A stretch of 64,000 bases of DNA from Candidatus Bathyarchaeota archaeon (lineage in GTDB: Archaea; Thermoproteota; Bathyarchaeia; Bathyarchaeales; Bathycorpusculaceae). The stretch's first letter is position 1. Each line of letters begins with the position of its first letter. Position numbers and translations under genes: made by a program. A model generated the notes under the pieces. The model had not been told where the DNA came from. It searched no databases and saw only the letters and a program-made list of their open reading frames with translations. Where the stretch lies: the NCBI GenBank assembly GCA_963828195.1, contig CAWHDT010000005.1:192001-256000 (forward strand), given 5' to 3'. Positions 11,022 through 20,647 of this stretch are shown here, piece after piece.

Positions 11022-11861
11022 GTGTTTCAGATGGATAAATCAACGGTCGCAATTGTGAAGGGTGAAAGAGGGCACGAGCCCGTTTTTAAGGCGCTTGACT
11101 TGGTAGATTACAAATCATGCTTATCAGGCTACAAAAAAGCCCTCATAAAAGTCAATTTCATAACCACTAAAACATGGGATTCGGGAGCAACAACCGACCC
11201 GATTGTTGTCGAAGCTATAATTCAGAAGCTAAAGCCCCTATCCATGGAAGTTTACGTCGTCGAATCCGACGCAACCATAACTAACGCTGACAAAGCCTAT
11301 GAAGCCACCGGCATGAAGGAAATGTGCGAGCAAAACGGCGTGGAGTTCCTTAACTTGCGGTACCAAAAAGACAAAGTCAAAATTTCCATTCCCAGCTGCG
11401 AAACCTTAGGCAGCATTAAAGTGCCGCGTATCGTTACGGAATCAGCCGTAATAAGTGCCGCAAAAATGAAAACTCACATGGCTACCAAAGTCACATTGGG
11501 CATGAAGAACATGTTCGGTCTGTTGCCTGATAAACTCAAATTCAAATTCCACGCGAAAGGCATAAGCAGTGTTGTAGTTGACATAAACACTGTAATCAAA
11601 CCCGCGTTAACGGTGATAGATGGCTTCGTCGCTATGGAAGGACACGGACCAACGGATGGCACCCCAGTCAAAATGGACCTTATCATCGCTGGGAAAGACG
11701 TGGTGGCTACCGACGCAACCGCCGCGAGAGTCATGGGTTTTGACCCCATTGAGATTTCGCATATCCGCAAAGCCGCCCAGAAAGGACTTGGAAACATTGA
11801 TAACATAGAAATTGTCGGTTCAAAGCTTGACGAAGTTAAAAAGGTGTTTAAGAAGGCTTAG
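11022..11861 (+). CDS. DUF362 family Fe-S protein
   Basis: LIKVN, TTDP, KMKTH..TLGMKN, IDG..AMEG.GP..G, D.VATD motifs. Confidence 0.88.
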   Translation: MFQMDKSTVAIVKGERGHEPVFKALDLVDYKSCLSGYKKALIKVNFITTKTWDSGATTDPIVVEAIIQKLKPLSMEVYVVESDATITNADKAYEATGMKEMCEQNGVEFLNLRYQKDKVKISIPSCETLGSIKVPRIVTESAVISAAKMKTHMATKVTLGMKNMFGLLPDKLKFKFHAKGISSVVVDINTVIKPALTVIDGFVAMEGHGPTDGTPVKMDLIIAGKDVVATDATAARVMGFDPIEISHIRKAAQKGLGNIDNIEIVGSKLDEVKKVFKKA

Positions 11862-12010
11862 TGCGGTAAGTAGATTATACCAGCTTAGGGCTTTGTTACT
11901 GACGCGGCGCAGTCACAATTTCTTTTATATGCGCTGATGCTACAGCCTAGTTAGAGCCAACTTCGTTTAAAAAAACGAATGGCTGGCTACTTTTTAATAG
12001 GCGAAAACCC

Positions 12011-12460
12011 ATGCAGAAAAAAATAGTTTCAGCACCAATATTGCTGTTAATCGGGGGAGTAGCATTTTTTGCGCTGGGACTGCTGTTGATTCTGCAGTTA
12101 AACCCCGTTTTTAACTTATTTTCTCAGGCTGTAACGGGCGTTCAGGAAGTTGAGTCGGTCGGCGTGATCTTTCAGTTTTTGGGGCAAGCGATGGTGGTTT
12201 TCGGCGTAGTTAGATTAGTCTCGCGTAATTTGGTTTCAAGCATTCAAGCTGAGAGGCAAATTGCGATGGATGGGTTTGCCCAGAACATTCGCTTGCTGCA
12301 GGCGGGATACGTGCAGACAATGACAAAACTTGATACGGTAATAGCAAATCAGAAAGCGGCAGCAACGGCGCCGAAAACAATTATGCAGTTAAACTGCAAG
12401 TTCTGCGGAGCCACAATGCAGCAAAGCCGCTTCTGCCCTCAATGTGGCAAAGCCAATTGA
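12011..12460 (+). CDS. membrane protein with C-terminal zinc ribbon
   Basis: 2 TM helices, CKFCG...FCPQCG. Confidence 0.75.
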   Translation: MQKKIVSAPILLLIGGVAFFALGLLLILQLNPVFNLFSQAVTGVQEVESVGVIFQFLGQAMVVFGVVRLVSRNLVSSIQAERQIAMDGFAQNIRLLQAGYVQTMTKLDTVIANQKAAATAPKTIMQLNCKFCGATMQQSRFCPQCGKAN

Positions 12461-12580
12461 CGCTTTGAATAGGTAAAGTTTTTCAGCCTACTTTAGTCTT
12501 GTCTCTCTTACAGTTTACCCTCGGTTTTCTGGATAAACCAATTGAGGCCACGTGAAAATTCTGCTGCGTGATTTTTTTTT

Positions 12581-12638
12581 AAAAGAAGAAGATGCTGGTG
12601 AAAACAATTTTTCTTCTTCTTCTTCCAAAACCATCCAA
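12581..12638. repeat. palindromic intergenic repeat (AAAAGAAGAAG...TTCTTCTTCTTC-CAAAAC.ATCCAA), copy 1
   Basis: Similar to 50704-50764 and 63951-63998. Confidence 0.75.
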
Positions 12639-12972
12639 TCAGTAACATACAAACTGATTGCAGTAACATAACTTTTAAGTCAAGATGGCTATTTGTCGGA
12701 GCTTAGGCAGGTTTTTACACGCTCAATTAGGATCTTATAGAGGGTCCAAATAGGTTTTGAAAAAGCATTTTTCCCTTCTTTAACACCCGCCCTTTGGTCC
12801 AGCAGAGAAGCCGTCAACCGATGTCATGGTTAAAAACAGATATTTTCCTCAAACTCACGGCATTCATAGTTATTTACATAGTTATTTATACCCTCGAATT
12901 TCATAAATTACACACCAGACACTTTCAGGACAGAAAAGGGAAATTAGAAGATTTGACTGTGAGGTAAAAAAA

Positions 12973-14208
12973 ATGAAGCATAGGGTGACAAAGGCGCTGA
13001 GAGTTGGCTACATCCTTCTCGCCATCTTCTTTCTGCTCTTTGCTTTCGCATTGTTGCCTCAGCCAGTTCGAGCACAGACAGTGACGGCGACAGTGAACGG
13101 TCTGAGCGAGCCTTTTGAGGTGGCGGTAACACCCAACGGCGACTATGCGTACGTTACAAATGGCGGCGGTTCGGTGTCGGTGATTAGCACTGCGACGAAC
13201 AAGGTGACGGCGACTATAAACGGGGGAAACGGTCCTTTTGGCGTTGCTATAACACCCAACGGCGACTACGCATATGTTACGAATGGCGGCAGCGGTTCAG
13301 TCTGGGCAGTTAACACAGCTACCAATGAAGTGACGTCGAAAATAACTGTTGGAAACGGCCCTTTCGGTGTAGCTATATCGCCCAAGGGCGACTATGCGTA
13401 TGTAACTAATTTTGGCAGCGATTCAGTGTCGGTGATTAGCACGGCTTCGAATAAAGTGATTGGGACGGTAACCGTCGGAGGTGATCCTCAAGATGTGGCT
13501 GTTACCCCCAACGGCGGCTACGCATATGTTACAAACTTTGGCAGCGGCACGGTTTCGGTGATAAATACGACTACGAACAAGGTAGCGGCGACGGTAACTG
13601 TTGAAAGCGGTCCCTATGGTGTAGCTGTAACACCCGACGGCGACTACGCCTACGTTGCAAATTCTGGAAGCGGGACGGTCTCGGTGATAGACACGTCTAC
13701 GAACACAGTCACGGCGACGATAACGGGTCTAAGCGAGCCTTTTGGGGTAGCTGTAACGCCTAACGGTGCCTACGCCTACGTCACGAATGATGACAACAGC
13801 ACGGTTTCGGTCATAAGCACGGCTACAAATAAGGTGACCGCGGAAGTAACTGTTGGAAAGGACCCTTATGGTGTGGCGGTAACGCCCAATGGCACATTTG
13901 CCTACGTGGTGAATTTTGACAGCGCAACGGTCTCGGTGATAAATGTGGCTTCTGCTAATGTGACTCCAACGCCAACTTCAACTCCAACACCCGCGTTGAC
14001 GCCATCAGCGACTGCGACAGCATCTGTTAATGCGTTTGGAAACGGCGAGTCGAATTCAAACTTGACCGTCTATCAGCAGCATTCAGTGGCTATTGCAATA
14101 GCAGCTGCAGTAGCTATTGTGGTGGTTAGTACTATCTTAATTAAAGTGAAACCCAGACATCCAGGCAAAAGGTTTCAGGCTAACCAGCAAAGATTGAGTT
14201 GTAAATAA
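12973..14208 (+). CDS. YVTN/YncE-type beta-propeller surface protein
   Basis: About 7 repeats of P.GVAVTPNG.YAYVTN..S.TVSVI.T.TN.V; signal peptide, PT linker, C-terminal TM. Confidence 0.93.
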   Translation: MKHRVTKALRVGYILLAIFFLLFAFALLPQPVRAQTVTATVNGLSEPFEVAVTPNGDYAYVTNGGGSVSVISTATNKVTATINGGNGPFGVAITPNGDYAYVTNGGSGSVWAVNTATNEVTSKITVGNGPFGVAISPKGDYAYVTNFGSDSVSVISTASNKVIGTVTVGGDPQDVAVTPNGGYAYVTNFGSGTVSVINTTTNKVAATVTVESGPYGVAVTPDGDYAYVANSGSGTVSVIDTSTNTVTATITGLSEPFGVAVTPNGAYAYVTNDDNSTVSVISTATNKVTAEVTVGKDPYGVAVTPNGTFAYVVNFDSATVSVINVASANVTPTPTSTPTPALTPSATATASVNAFGNGESNSNLTVYQQHSVAIAIAAAVAIVVVSTILIKVKPRHPGKRFQANQQRLSCK

Positions 14209-14227
14209 AAAATAGGAAGACGCAAAG

Positions 14228-15442
14228 ATGACTTGGGAACTTCCCAGCAACATTGCATTGCCCGTATTCGCCGCAATAATACTGGTGGGAATCTACCTCA
14301 TCCTTAAACTGACCAAAAACAAAACCAATAAAGTTAGCAGACTGAGACTTTTCATCCAAATAAACGCTGCTATCGCAATATTTATGGGGCTTATATTGGG
14401 TCCTTTCGATACACCGCTATGGCGGCCCATGGGACCTTCACCACGCAGCCTTTTAATCGGATCCACATTTTTGAAGAACCAGTTTCCAGACGGCTTCTCA
14501 GTCCCTGCTTTAGCATGCTACTACTCCAATGGGCGAACAGTCACTTGCGCTCTTTGGCAACTTCAAGCCTACATTTTCCCATACTGGAACTACTCAAACG
14601 GCTATAACGCCATATACTCAACCTCAGGTTTGGAAAAAATAGGCATAGTTGTAGGCTTGCTGGTGGTCGCATCCCTAATTTTGGGAAGAGCTTTCTGCGG
14701 TTGGCTATGCCCCTTCGGCCTCTATATGGACGTTTTAACCCGAATCCGCAAAACCACACGGCTACGACATCTGCACTTTTCCGAAAAAACAAACCAGGCG
14801 ATTGCACAATCAAGATATATCATCATTGCGGTTATTTTGATTCTTTGCGTCATCTTTGCTTCATACGCCATTTTTGGTGCCCAGCTTATTCCAGGCACCA
14901 CACCTGCAGGACCCACGGGACAAGCAGGGATTGTCGGTAACCTCGACGAACCTTTTTGCTTGGTTTGCCCAATGAGGCCTCTCTGCATTTTAATAGAGTG
15001 CGCTTTGGGAGAAATGAAGTTTTCATACATCGCGAAAATAGCCAGTGGACCCTTATGGATAACAGGCTTCTACGTTACATCCATAAACTTAGCCGTCCTA
15101 ATCGCCGTCACAGTTTTAGCTTTAGCCTACAGGAGGTTCTGGTGCCGAATCTGCCCCCTAGGCGGCTTAACCGCGTTATTCAGCACTTTCACCCCCTTCA
15201 AGCAAATCGCCATGACCAAACTCACCAAAAACAAAGAAAAATGCACCAAATGCGGAGTCTGCAAACGCGTCTGCCCAACCCAAGCAACCGATGTGTACGA
15301 GAAGAAAGGCGGCGACGTAACCGAATCCAGATGCATCCTCTGCGCACGATGCGTCGAAGCTTGCCCCTACGAAGACGCCTTGGAAATGAAGTTTGCAGGA
15401 AAAACAATGATGAAATCAAGAAACTGGCTGGAACAACAATAA
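14228..15442 (+). CDS. membrane 4Fe-4S binding protein (NapH/MauN/polyferredoxin-like)
   Basis: GRAFCGWLCPFG, RFWCRICPLG, two CxxCxxCxxxCP motifs, TM helices. Confidence 0.9.
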   Translation: MTWELPSNIALPVFAAIILVGIYLILKLTKNKTNKVSRLRLFIQINAAIAIFMGLILGPFDTPLWRPMGPSPRSLLIGSTFLKNQFPDGFSVPALACYYSNGRTVTCALWQLQAYIFPYWNYSNGYNAIYSTSGLEKIGIVVGLLVVASLILGRAFCGWLCPFGLYMDVLTRIRKTTRLRHLHFSEKTNQAIAQSRYIIIAVILILCVIFASYAIFGAQLIPGTTPAGPTGQAGIVGNLDEPFCLVCPMRPLCILIECALGEMKFSYIAKIASGPLWITGFYVTSINLAVLIAVTVLALAYRRFWCRICPLGGLTALFSTFTPFKQIAMTKLTKNKEKCTKCGVCKRVCPTQATDVYEKKGGDVTESRCILCARCVEACPYEDALEMKFAGKTMMKSRNWLEQQ

Positions 15443-15611
15443 ATCCACAGAATTAGGCGCTACTTAATGCTGATTTTCTGGAAAACTAAAGATTATGAAA
15501 GTGAATAAAAGAAAAATGCGACCTGCAAAACAGATGCAAACATGAGGGCGTTGTCTGTTTAGTCCACGAAGGATGTATAGTTTACATTATATATTTTATT
15601 AACTGACTTGT

Positions 15612-16061
15612 ATGGCTGAAAAAACAGTTTCGATTCTTAAAGCATTAGGCAACCCCAACAAAGCCAAAATAATCGCTCACTTGGCAAAGCACAAAGGAGA
15701 AACGGCAGAACAAATCGGGAAACATTTAGGCTACCCTCTACCCACAGTCTACAAATACCTGCGGGAACTCGAGGCTGCAAGAGCAGTCGAGAGCGAAGCC
15801 AAAGGCAACACCCGACTGTATTTTGCTGGCGACTTCAAACTTGAGGTTTCGCCTGAGAAGCTGATGGAGGCATTCGAGGAGCAGACCATGACAAATTTCT
15901 ACAGAGGCAGATTTGGGGATGAGGGGATGGCTAAGTTTAACGAAGTTGCAGCTAAAGCGAAGGCTGGAAAAATGACGTTCAGACAAGCAGCCGCGACTTT
16001 GGGAATAACCTACTACGAGTTTGTCTCACTTCTCGATGAAGCCGGCGTACTTGATGCCTAA
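15612..16061 (+). CDS. ArsR-type HTH fused to a UPF0175-like domain; probable antitoxin
   Basis: LKALGNPNK..I wHTH; C-terminal GKMTFRQAAATLGITYYEF is UPF0175-like; overlaps the PIN gene. Confidence 0.7.
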   Translation: MAEKTVSILKALGNPNKAKIIAHLAKHKGETAEQIGKHLGYPLPTVYKYLRELEAARAVESEAKGNTRLYFAGDFKLEVSPEKLMEAFEEQTMTNFYRGRFGDEGMAKFNEVAAKAKAGKMTFRQAAATLGITYYEFVSLLDEAGVLDA

Positions 16062-16548
16062 CTACCTTGTTGTAGATTCATCAGTTATCTTATTCTTTGA
16101 TAGAAAGGGGAAACTGGAAGAGTTCTTGTTTCAGAAAAAGAATGAAAACTATAAAGTAATAATCCCGAGAGCGATTGCGCAAGAAGTCGTTGATGAGCCG
16201 CAAGAGTTTGCAGTGAGAATTAGAGAAAGAGACCTAAAGTTAGCAAACAAAGTATTGGATTCTGTCGAAAGGATCAACTCGGCTATCAAGCAAGGATTAA
16301 TTCAAGTTGAAACAGTGAATTACAGAAAGCATTCTAAAGTTATCGATAACGTCAGAAAACACCTAAGCGAAATAGAGGCAAAGCCCGAATACGCACTAAA
16401 GAAGGGCGACCCAGAACTTATAGCGCTCGTTATCCAGCTCTATGATGAATCCAAGGAAAAGGTCTTTGTTGCAACATTGGATAAGGGACTACTAAAAGCG
16501 CTAAAGCCATTCAACAGCAGAGTTGAATATGAAGTCTTGAAACTTTAA
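16054..16548 (+). CDS. PIN-domain protein (VapC-like toxin)
   Basis: VVDSS, VIIPRAIAQEV, GDPELI, ATLDKGL; ATG overlaps the upstream stop. Confidence 0.75.
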   Translation: MPNYLVVDSSVILFFDRKGKLEEFLFQKKNENYKVIIPRAIAQEVVDEPQEFAVRIRERDLKLANKVLDSVERINSAIKQGLIQVETVNYRKHSKVIDNVRKHLSEIEAKPEYALKKGDPELIALVIQLYDESKEKVFVATLDKGLLKALKPFNSRVEYEVLKL

Positions 16549-16554
16549 AAATCA

Positions 16555-16661
16555 GAAGGCAAGACTCAATCGACTGCAGACCAAGTCAAAATAAACCTCA
16601 TCATGGCTGGAAAGGTGCAGTCGTCATAGAAGCAACCTCAGGCAAAATAATATGATTTGAC
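16555..16661 (+). pseudogene. decayed fragment of a DUF362 paralog
   Basis: With indels it reads EG....VKINLIMAGK-AVVIEATSGKII*FD versus EGHGPTDGTPVKMDLIIAGKDVVATDATAARVMGFD in 11022-11861. Confidence 0.6.
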
Positions 16662-16740
16662 ATGCTCAAATCTTCACAAAAATGAGATTCGAGAATGAAA
16701 AAGCATAAAAGAAAAACGGTCACATCAAGAATGATTACAA

Positions 16741-17349
16741 ATGAGCCCTAAATGGCTATCAAACATATTCAATCCGCCTTCGTCGATTCCACTGAAAGCA
16801 AAAGTGGAGTTGTCCACGCAGAAAAGCCAATATTCACTAGGGGAGCAAATTAAAGGTTTTATTAAAATAACGTCTGATGAAGCCTTTTTAGTGAACCAAG
16901 CTTTTGTCTGCTTAAACTGCAACGAAAACATCAAGAAAAGCCGAATCTGGGCAAATCAATATGGAACCCACCAAACCGAATACTGGGACACAGCCATCAC
17001 CTACAGCACCACCTGCAAGCTGTTTGAGTATGCAAGCATACCTCAAGGTTTTTCGGCCTCATATGGATACGCTTTAAACGTATCTCAAGCAGCAAAAGAA
17101 ACACTCTACAGCATCGATCACTACGTCAAATGGCTTCTGTATGCAGCTGTTGAAGCGAAAGAGCGCCCAAAAATGCAGACAACCACCTACGAAATACAAG
17201 TAACAAAACCACAAGTCGCTCAATCCTCGCCCACCATCATGAAGGAAGTAACGCGAGAAGTGGTTTTGATACCCTGCGCATACTGCAGCGGATTGATGCC
17301 TCAAACTTCCATATTCTGCCCAAACTGTGGAGCAAGAAGAAAAACGTAA
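16741..17349 (+). CDS. SpoOM/arrestin-fold-like protein with C-terminal zinc ribbon
   Basis: YSLGEQIKGFIKI, VKWLLYA beta-sandwich pattern; CAYCSG...FCPNCG. Confidence 0.6.
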   Translation: MSPKWLSNIFNPPSSIPLKAKVELSTQKSQYSLGEQIKGFIKITSDEAFLVNQAFVCLNCNENIKKSRIWANQYGTHQTEYWDTAITYSTTCKLFEYASIPQGFSASYGYALNVSQAAKETLYSIDHYVKWLLYAAVEAKERPKMQTTTYEIQVTKPQVAQSSPTIMKEVTREVVLIPCAYCSGLMPQTSIFCPNCGARRKT

Positions 17350-17469
17350 TAAAATTATCATATTCGTAGAGTCAAGTTTTTATGTTTTAAAATGGAGCTG
17401 ACAGGATTAAAGAGCTGCGTTGCTGGAAAGGTTTATTTCATTGCATGGCACTATGATGTGAAATTGCAG

Positions 17470-17533
17470 GCGGACAACCGTGTCCGTTGGGATGTGGTCC
17501 TTAGGGACTGAACCGTAAGCAAATGAAGCATTT
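17470..17533 (+). promoter_or_regulatory. putative structured 5' leader of rpl15e
   Basis: Hairpins GCGGACA-ACCG-TGTCCGT (17470-17487), GGTCC-TTAG-GGACT (17496-17509) and AAATG-AAG-CATTT (17521-17533), between an AT-rich TATA-like box (~17433) and the AGGAG RBS. Confidence 0.45.
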
Positions 17534-17547
17534 AGGAGAAAAAACAT

Positions 17548-18162
17548 ATGGCATACAAATACATCGCGGAGGAATGGGCTCAACCCGAAAAATCCTTCGT
17601 TGAAGAACTCATGCGGGAAAGATTAGTGCAGTGGCGAAAACAGCCCTCAACACTTCGCATTGAGCATCCGACAAGGCTTGACCGCGCAAGAAAACTAGGC
17701 TACAAAGCCAAACAAGGCTTCGTCGTGGCAAGAACAAAAGTGCGCAGAGGCGGCCTACGAAAAAAACGCCCACGCTCAGGCAGACGACCCAAACGCATGG
17801 GAGTCGCCAAATTTAAACCAGCAAAAAGCATAAGGCTTATAGCTGAAGAGCGGACAGCAAAGCATTTCCCAAACCTGGAAGTTCTTAACAGTTACTGGGT
17901 AGGCGAAGACGGAAAGCACAAGTGGTTCGAAGTTATTCTGCTTGACCCAAAGAGCCCAGTGATAAAAACCGACAAAGACGTCAACTGGATAACGGAGAAG
18001 CAGCATACAAGCAGAGTCTTCCGAAGCTTAACAAGTGCAGGCAAAAACGTCAGAGGTCTAAACCACCGAGGAGCAGGAGCAGAAAAAGTAAGACCAAGCC
18101 ACCGCAGAGGAGCAAGAAAACGAGCACAGGCAACAACCAGAAAACCAAACCCAGGGCGATAA
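17548..18162 (+). CDS. rpl15e: 50S ribosomal protein L15e
   Basis: [36 protein letters not shown]. Confidence 0.98.
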   Translation: MAYKYIAEEWAQPEKSFVEELMRERLVQWRKQPSTLRIEHPTRLDRARKLGYKAKQGFVVARTKVRRGGLRKKRPRSGRRPKRMGVAKFKPAKSIRLIAEERTAKHFPNLEVLNSYWVGEDGKHKWFEVILLDPKSPVIKTDKDVNWITEKQHTSRVFRSLTSAGKNVRGLNHRGAGAEKVRPSHRRGARKRAQATTRKPNPGR

Positions 18163-18392
18163 ACTACTCCCTATTTTCTAGTTTTTTGTTCTAATTTCCG
18201 CAATTTTATTATTCTTTCAACATTGTTTTGCTCTTTCGATTGATTAGCTTTAAAAGTTTTTTACTTGTAAAGAAGGACTCAAACAAAAAATCTTGAAACT
18301 GTCACGGATAAACAGCCAACAAACAAGCTAACTTTTTAGCAGATTTTTTCACAAGCGAATTATTCATATGTCTGGATGCAGCTACAGTGGAT

Positions 18393-18659
18393 ATGCACGA
18401 TATAAAAGTAGTAATTACTAAGCATAACAAAAAACACAACCTCGGCAAAGGTTTCAGCCCAACGGAACTGAAGAATGCTGGCGTAAACAGGCAGCAAGCC
18501 AGAAAAATTGGCTTACCCGTAGATATCAAAAGAAAATCTGCCCACGAAGAAAACGTTGCTTGCATAAAAGAACTCGTGGAAAAAGCAAAGGCAGAGGCAG
18601 CAGCAAAACCTATAGAGCCCGTGACCGAGCCTAAGCCAAAGAAAAAAGCTAAAAGCTAG
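18393..18659 (+). CDS. rpl13e: 50S ribosomal protein L13e
   Basis: GKGFS..EL..AG......KIGLPVD.KRKS.HEENV pattern. Confidence 0.85.
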   Translation: MHDIKVVITKHNKKHNLGKGFSPTELKNAGVNRQQARKIGLPVDIKRKSAHEENVACIKELVEKAKAEAAAKPIEPVTEPKPKKKAKS

Positions 18660-18684
18660 AAGATCAAAACAAAATCGGTGTCCC

Positions 18685-19131
18685 ATGTCTTCTAAACCGC
18701 CCATCGCCTACATTGATATTCGAGTCTTCGCACATGCAACCGAGGACACAGAGAAAACTCAAGCTGCAGTAAAGAACCTGTTGCCAGATGAACTGGCTCA
18801 AACACTTATTTTTGAAAAAACAAGTTTAACGGGGCACTATGGAAACCCCATCACCCTTTTTACAGCTAAACTAACCGAAAAAAAAATGCTTCCGGCAGCG
18901 CTCCAAAAAATCGGCTCAGGCTTGAACTCGCTGGACAAGGAAGAGCTGTGCCGAGACCTAAAACTTCACCTGGAAAAAGGAAACCTATACCTCAGATTCG
19001 ACAAGCAATCCGCTTATCTGGGAAACACAAAGTTCACCCAAAACGACCCTGTCCACTTCAAAATCCACTTCAAAAACAAATCGCCCCAAGAAATAACTGA
19101 TTTATGCAAAAACGCTGGGTTGCTGCCATGA
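18685..19131 (+). CDS. RNA-binding protein, COG1325/DUF54 family
   Basis: HATED, GHYGNPI, LYLRFDKQ; conserved position between rpl15e and rnp3. Confidence 0.88.
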   Translation: MSSKPPIAYIDIRVFAHATEDTEKTQAAVKNLLPDELAQTLIFEKTSLTGHYGNPITLFTAKLTEKKMLPAALQKIGSGLNSLDKEELCRDLKLHLEKGNLYLRFDKQSAYLGNTKFTQNDPVHFKIHFKNKSPQEITDLCKNAGLLP

Positions 19132-19859
19132 CACGAGCCTTCGCGGATTTGCATTTACGTATTAACCCCAAGGATCAGCAGGCAACACAGAAACTTATCA
19201 GTAAAGCAGCACGGTTCGGCTACAGCCAAATATCCATCCCGTTCACTTCAGGTCTGCGCGAAGAAGAATTAACCCAGCTTAAAGCAGCATGCAGCGAAGC
19301 AGGCTTAGATTTTGTTTCTCGAGCAGATTTCCATCCAAGATCAGAAAATGACCTTACCCATTTTCTGCGCAAGTTCAGACGAAGATTCGAAGTCATATGC
19401 ATCTCATGTGACAGCAAAGAAGTGGCTAGACAAGCAGCCAAAGACAGGCGCGTAGACCTGCTTAGCTTTCCCAGCTTTGACTATCATAAACGGTTTTTTG
19501 ACCGAGCCGAAGCCGAATTAGCCAGCAACTGCTTAGCCGCCCTAGAAGTGGATGTTAAGCCGCTTTTGATTTTGGAAGGTCCACCCCGAGTTCGATTGCT
19601 CATGAGTCTGCGCCGAGAGGTCGCCACGGCACTCGAATTTCATGTGCCCATAGTGGTTTCAAGCGGTATCTGTGAGGAGCGGCTTATGCGGGCGCCAAGG
19701 GACATGGCAAGCTTAGCTTACCTGTTTGGACTAGAGGAAGCTCAAGCTTTAGATGCAACCTCAACGTGTCCAGCGGCAATGGTTGCGCGTAACCGCGAAA
19801 AACTCAGCAGCCGATTTGTCGCACCTGGCATAACCATAGTTAAGGAGGGCAAATCTTGA
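19128..19859 (+). CDS. rnp3: ribonuclease P protein component 3 (Rpp30)
   Basis: FADLH, RVDLLS, VVSSG...MRAPRD; ATGA overlap with the upstream gene; superoperon context. Confidence 0.9.
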   Translation: MTRAFADLHLRINPKDQQATQKLISKAARFGYSQISIPFTSGLREEELTQLKAACSEAGLDFVSRADFHPRSENDLTHFLRKFRRRFEVICISCDSKEVARQAAKDRRVDLLSFPSFDYHKRFFDRAEAELASNCLAALEVDVKPLLILEGPPRVRLLMSLRREVATALEFHVPIVVSSGICEERLMRAPRDMASLAYLFGLEEAQALDATSTCPAAMVARNREKLSSRFVAPGITIVKEGKS

Positions 19860-20170
19860 AGCGGGTTAAAAGGCGATACCTCGCCCTGCAAGTGGAATGC
19901 GAAGCCACGCCGACAGAACGCGAATTTGTTGACGCCGTTTGGGCAGCTGTAACCAAACTCTACGGTGAAGTGGGCGCAAGCCAAACCAGCTTAGCCTTGA
20001 TTAGTTTTGACGCGGAACGCAGAGTTGCTGTGATAAGGGTTTCGTTGGCTACGCTAAACATGTCGAGGGCATCGTTGGCAACAATCACAAGCGTCGGCGG
20101 CAAAGAGGCAGCCGTGCATGTTTTGGGTGTTTCAGGCACAATTAAAGCACTGTATTCACAGGCGAGATAA
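19856..20170 (+). CDS. rnp2: ribonuclease P protein component 2 (Pop5)
   Basis: KRRYL, LYGEVG, VSGTIK. Confidence 0.9.
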   Translation: MKRVKRRYLALQVECEATPTEREFVDAVWAAVTKLYGEVGASQTSLALISFDAERRVAVIRVSLATLNMSRASLATITSVGGKEAAVHVLGVSGTIKALYSQAR

Positions 20171-20341
20171 TTTTTTATTTTGCAAATGTTGCCACTTCAA
20201 ATTATTTGAATTTGCGCTATGAGCAGATTGGCGATTTTTGGCATTATTAGCATTTTTTTGAGGTTTAGTCTTGATTGTTTGATAAGTTATAAATACTGAC
20301 AGTGGCAGAAGGGGTAAATACAGCGCGGGAGAATAATTTAG

Positions 20342-20635
20342 ATGAGCAAAGTGAAAATGGCAGAGGTTAAAATCGTAAAGTTAGATCCTGCTCTAGAAAA
20401 AAGGGTAACAGTGAAACTTACTAGGGCAAGGGAAGATATGGAGTGGTTCTTTGCTAACGAGAAGAAGCTTCGCTCAAAATACCTAAACAAATACGTAGCC
20501 ATCAAAAACAAAAAAATTCTATTAATAGCCGATACTCCTGAAGAAATGTACACTAAGATAGAAGCTTCCGGAGAAGACCCAAATGATTTGCTTTGCGATT
20601 ACATGCGTAAAGAGCCAAGATGCCTCCTCTACTAG
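20342..20635 (+). CDS. DUF5678-like small protein
   Basis: WF..N...L..KY.NKYVAI.N.KI pattern. Confidence 0.7.
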   Translation: MSKVKMAEVKIVKLDPALEKRVTVKLTRAREDMEWFFANEKKLRSKYLNKYVAIKNKKILLIADTPEEMYTKIEASGEDPNDLLCDYMRKEPRCLLY

Positions 20636-20647
20636 GAAGGCGTAATC

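Noticed and set aside
13060-13950. ~126-bp tandem nucleotide repeats
   Set aside because: These are coding repeats of the YVTN beta-propeller.
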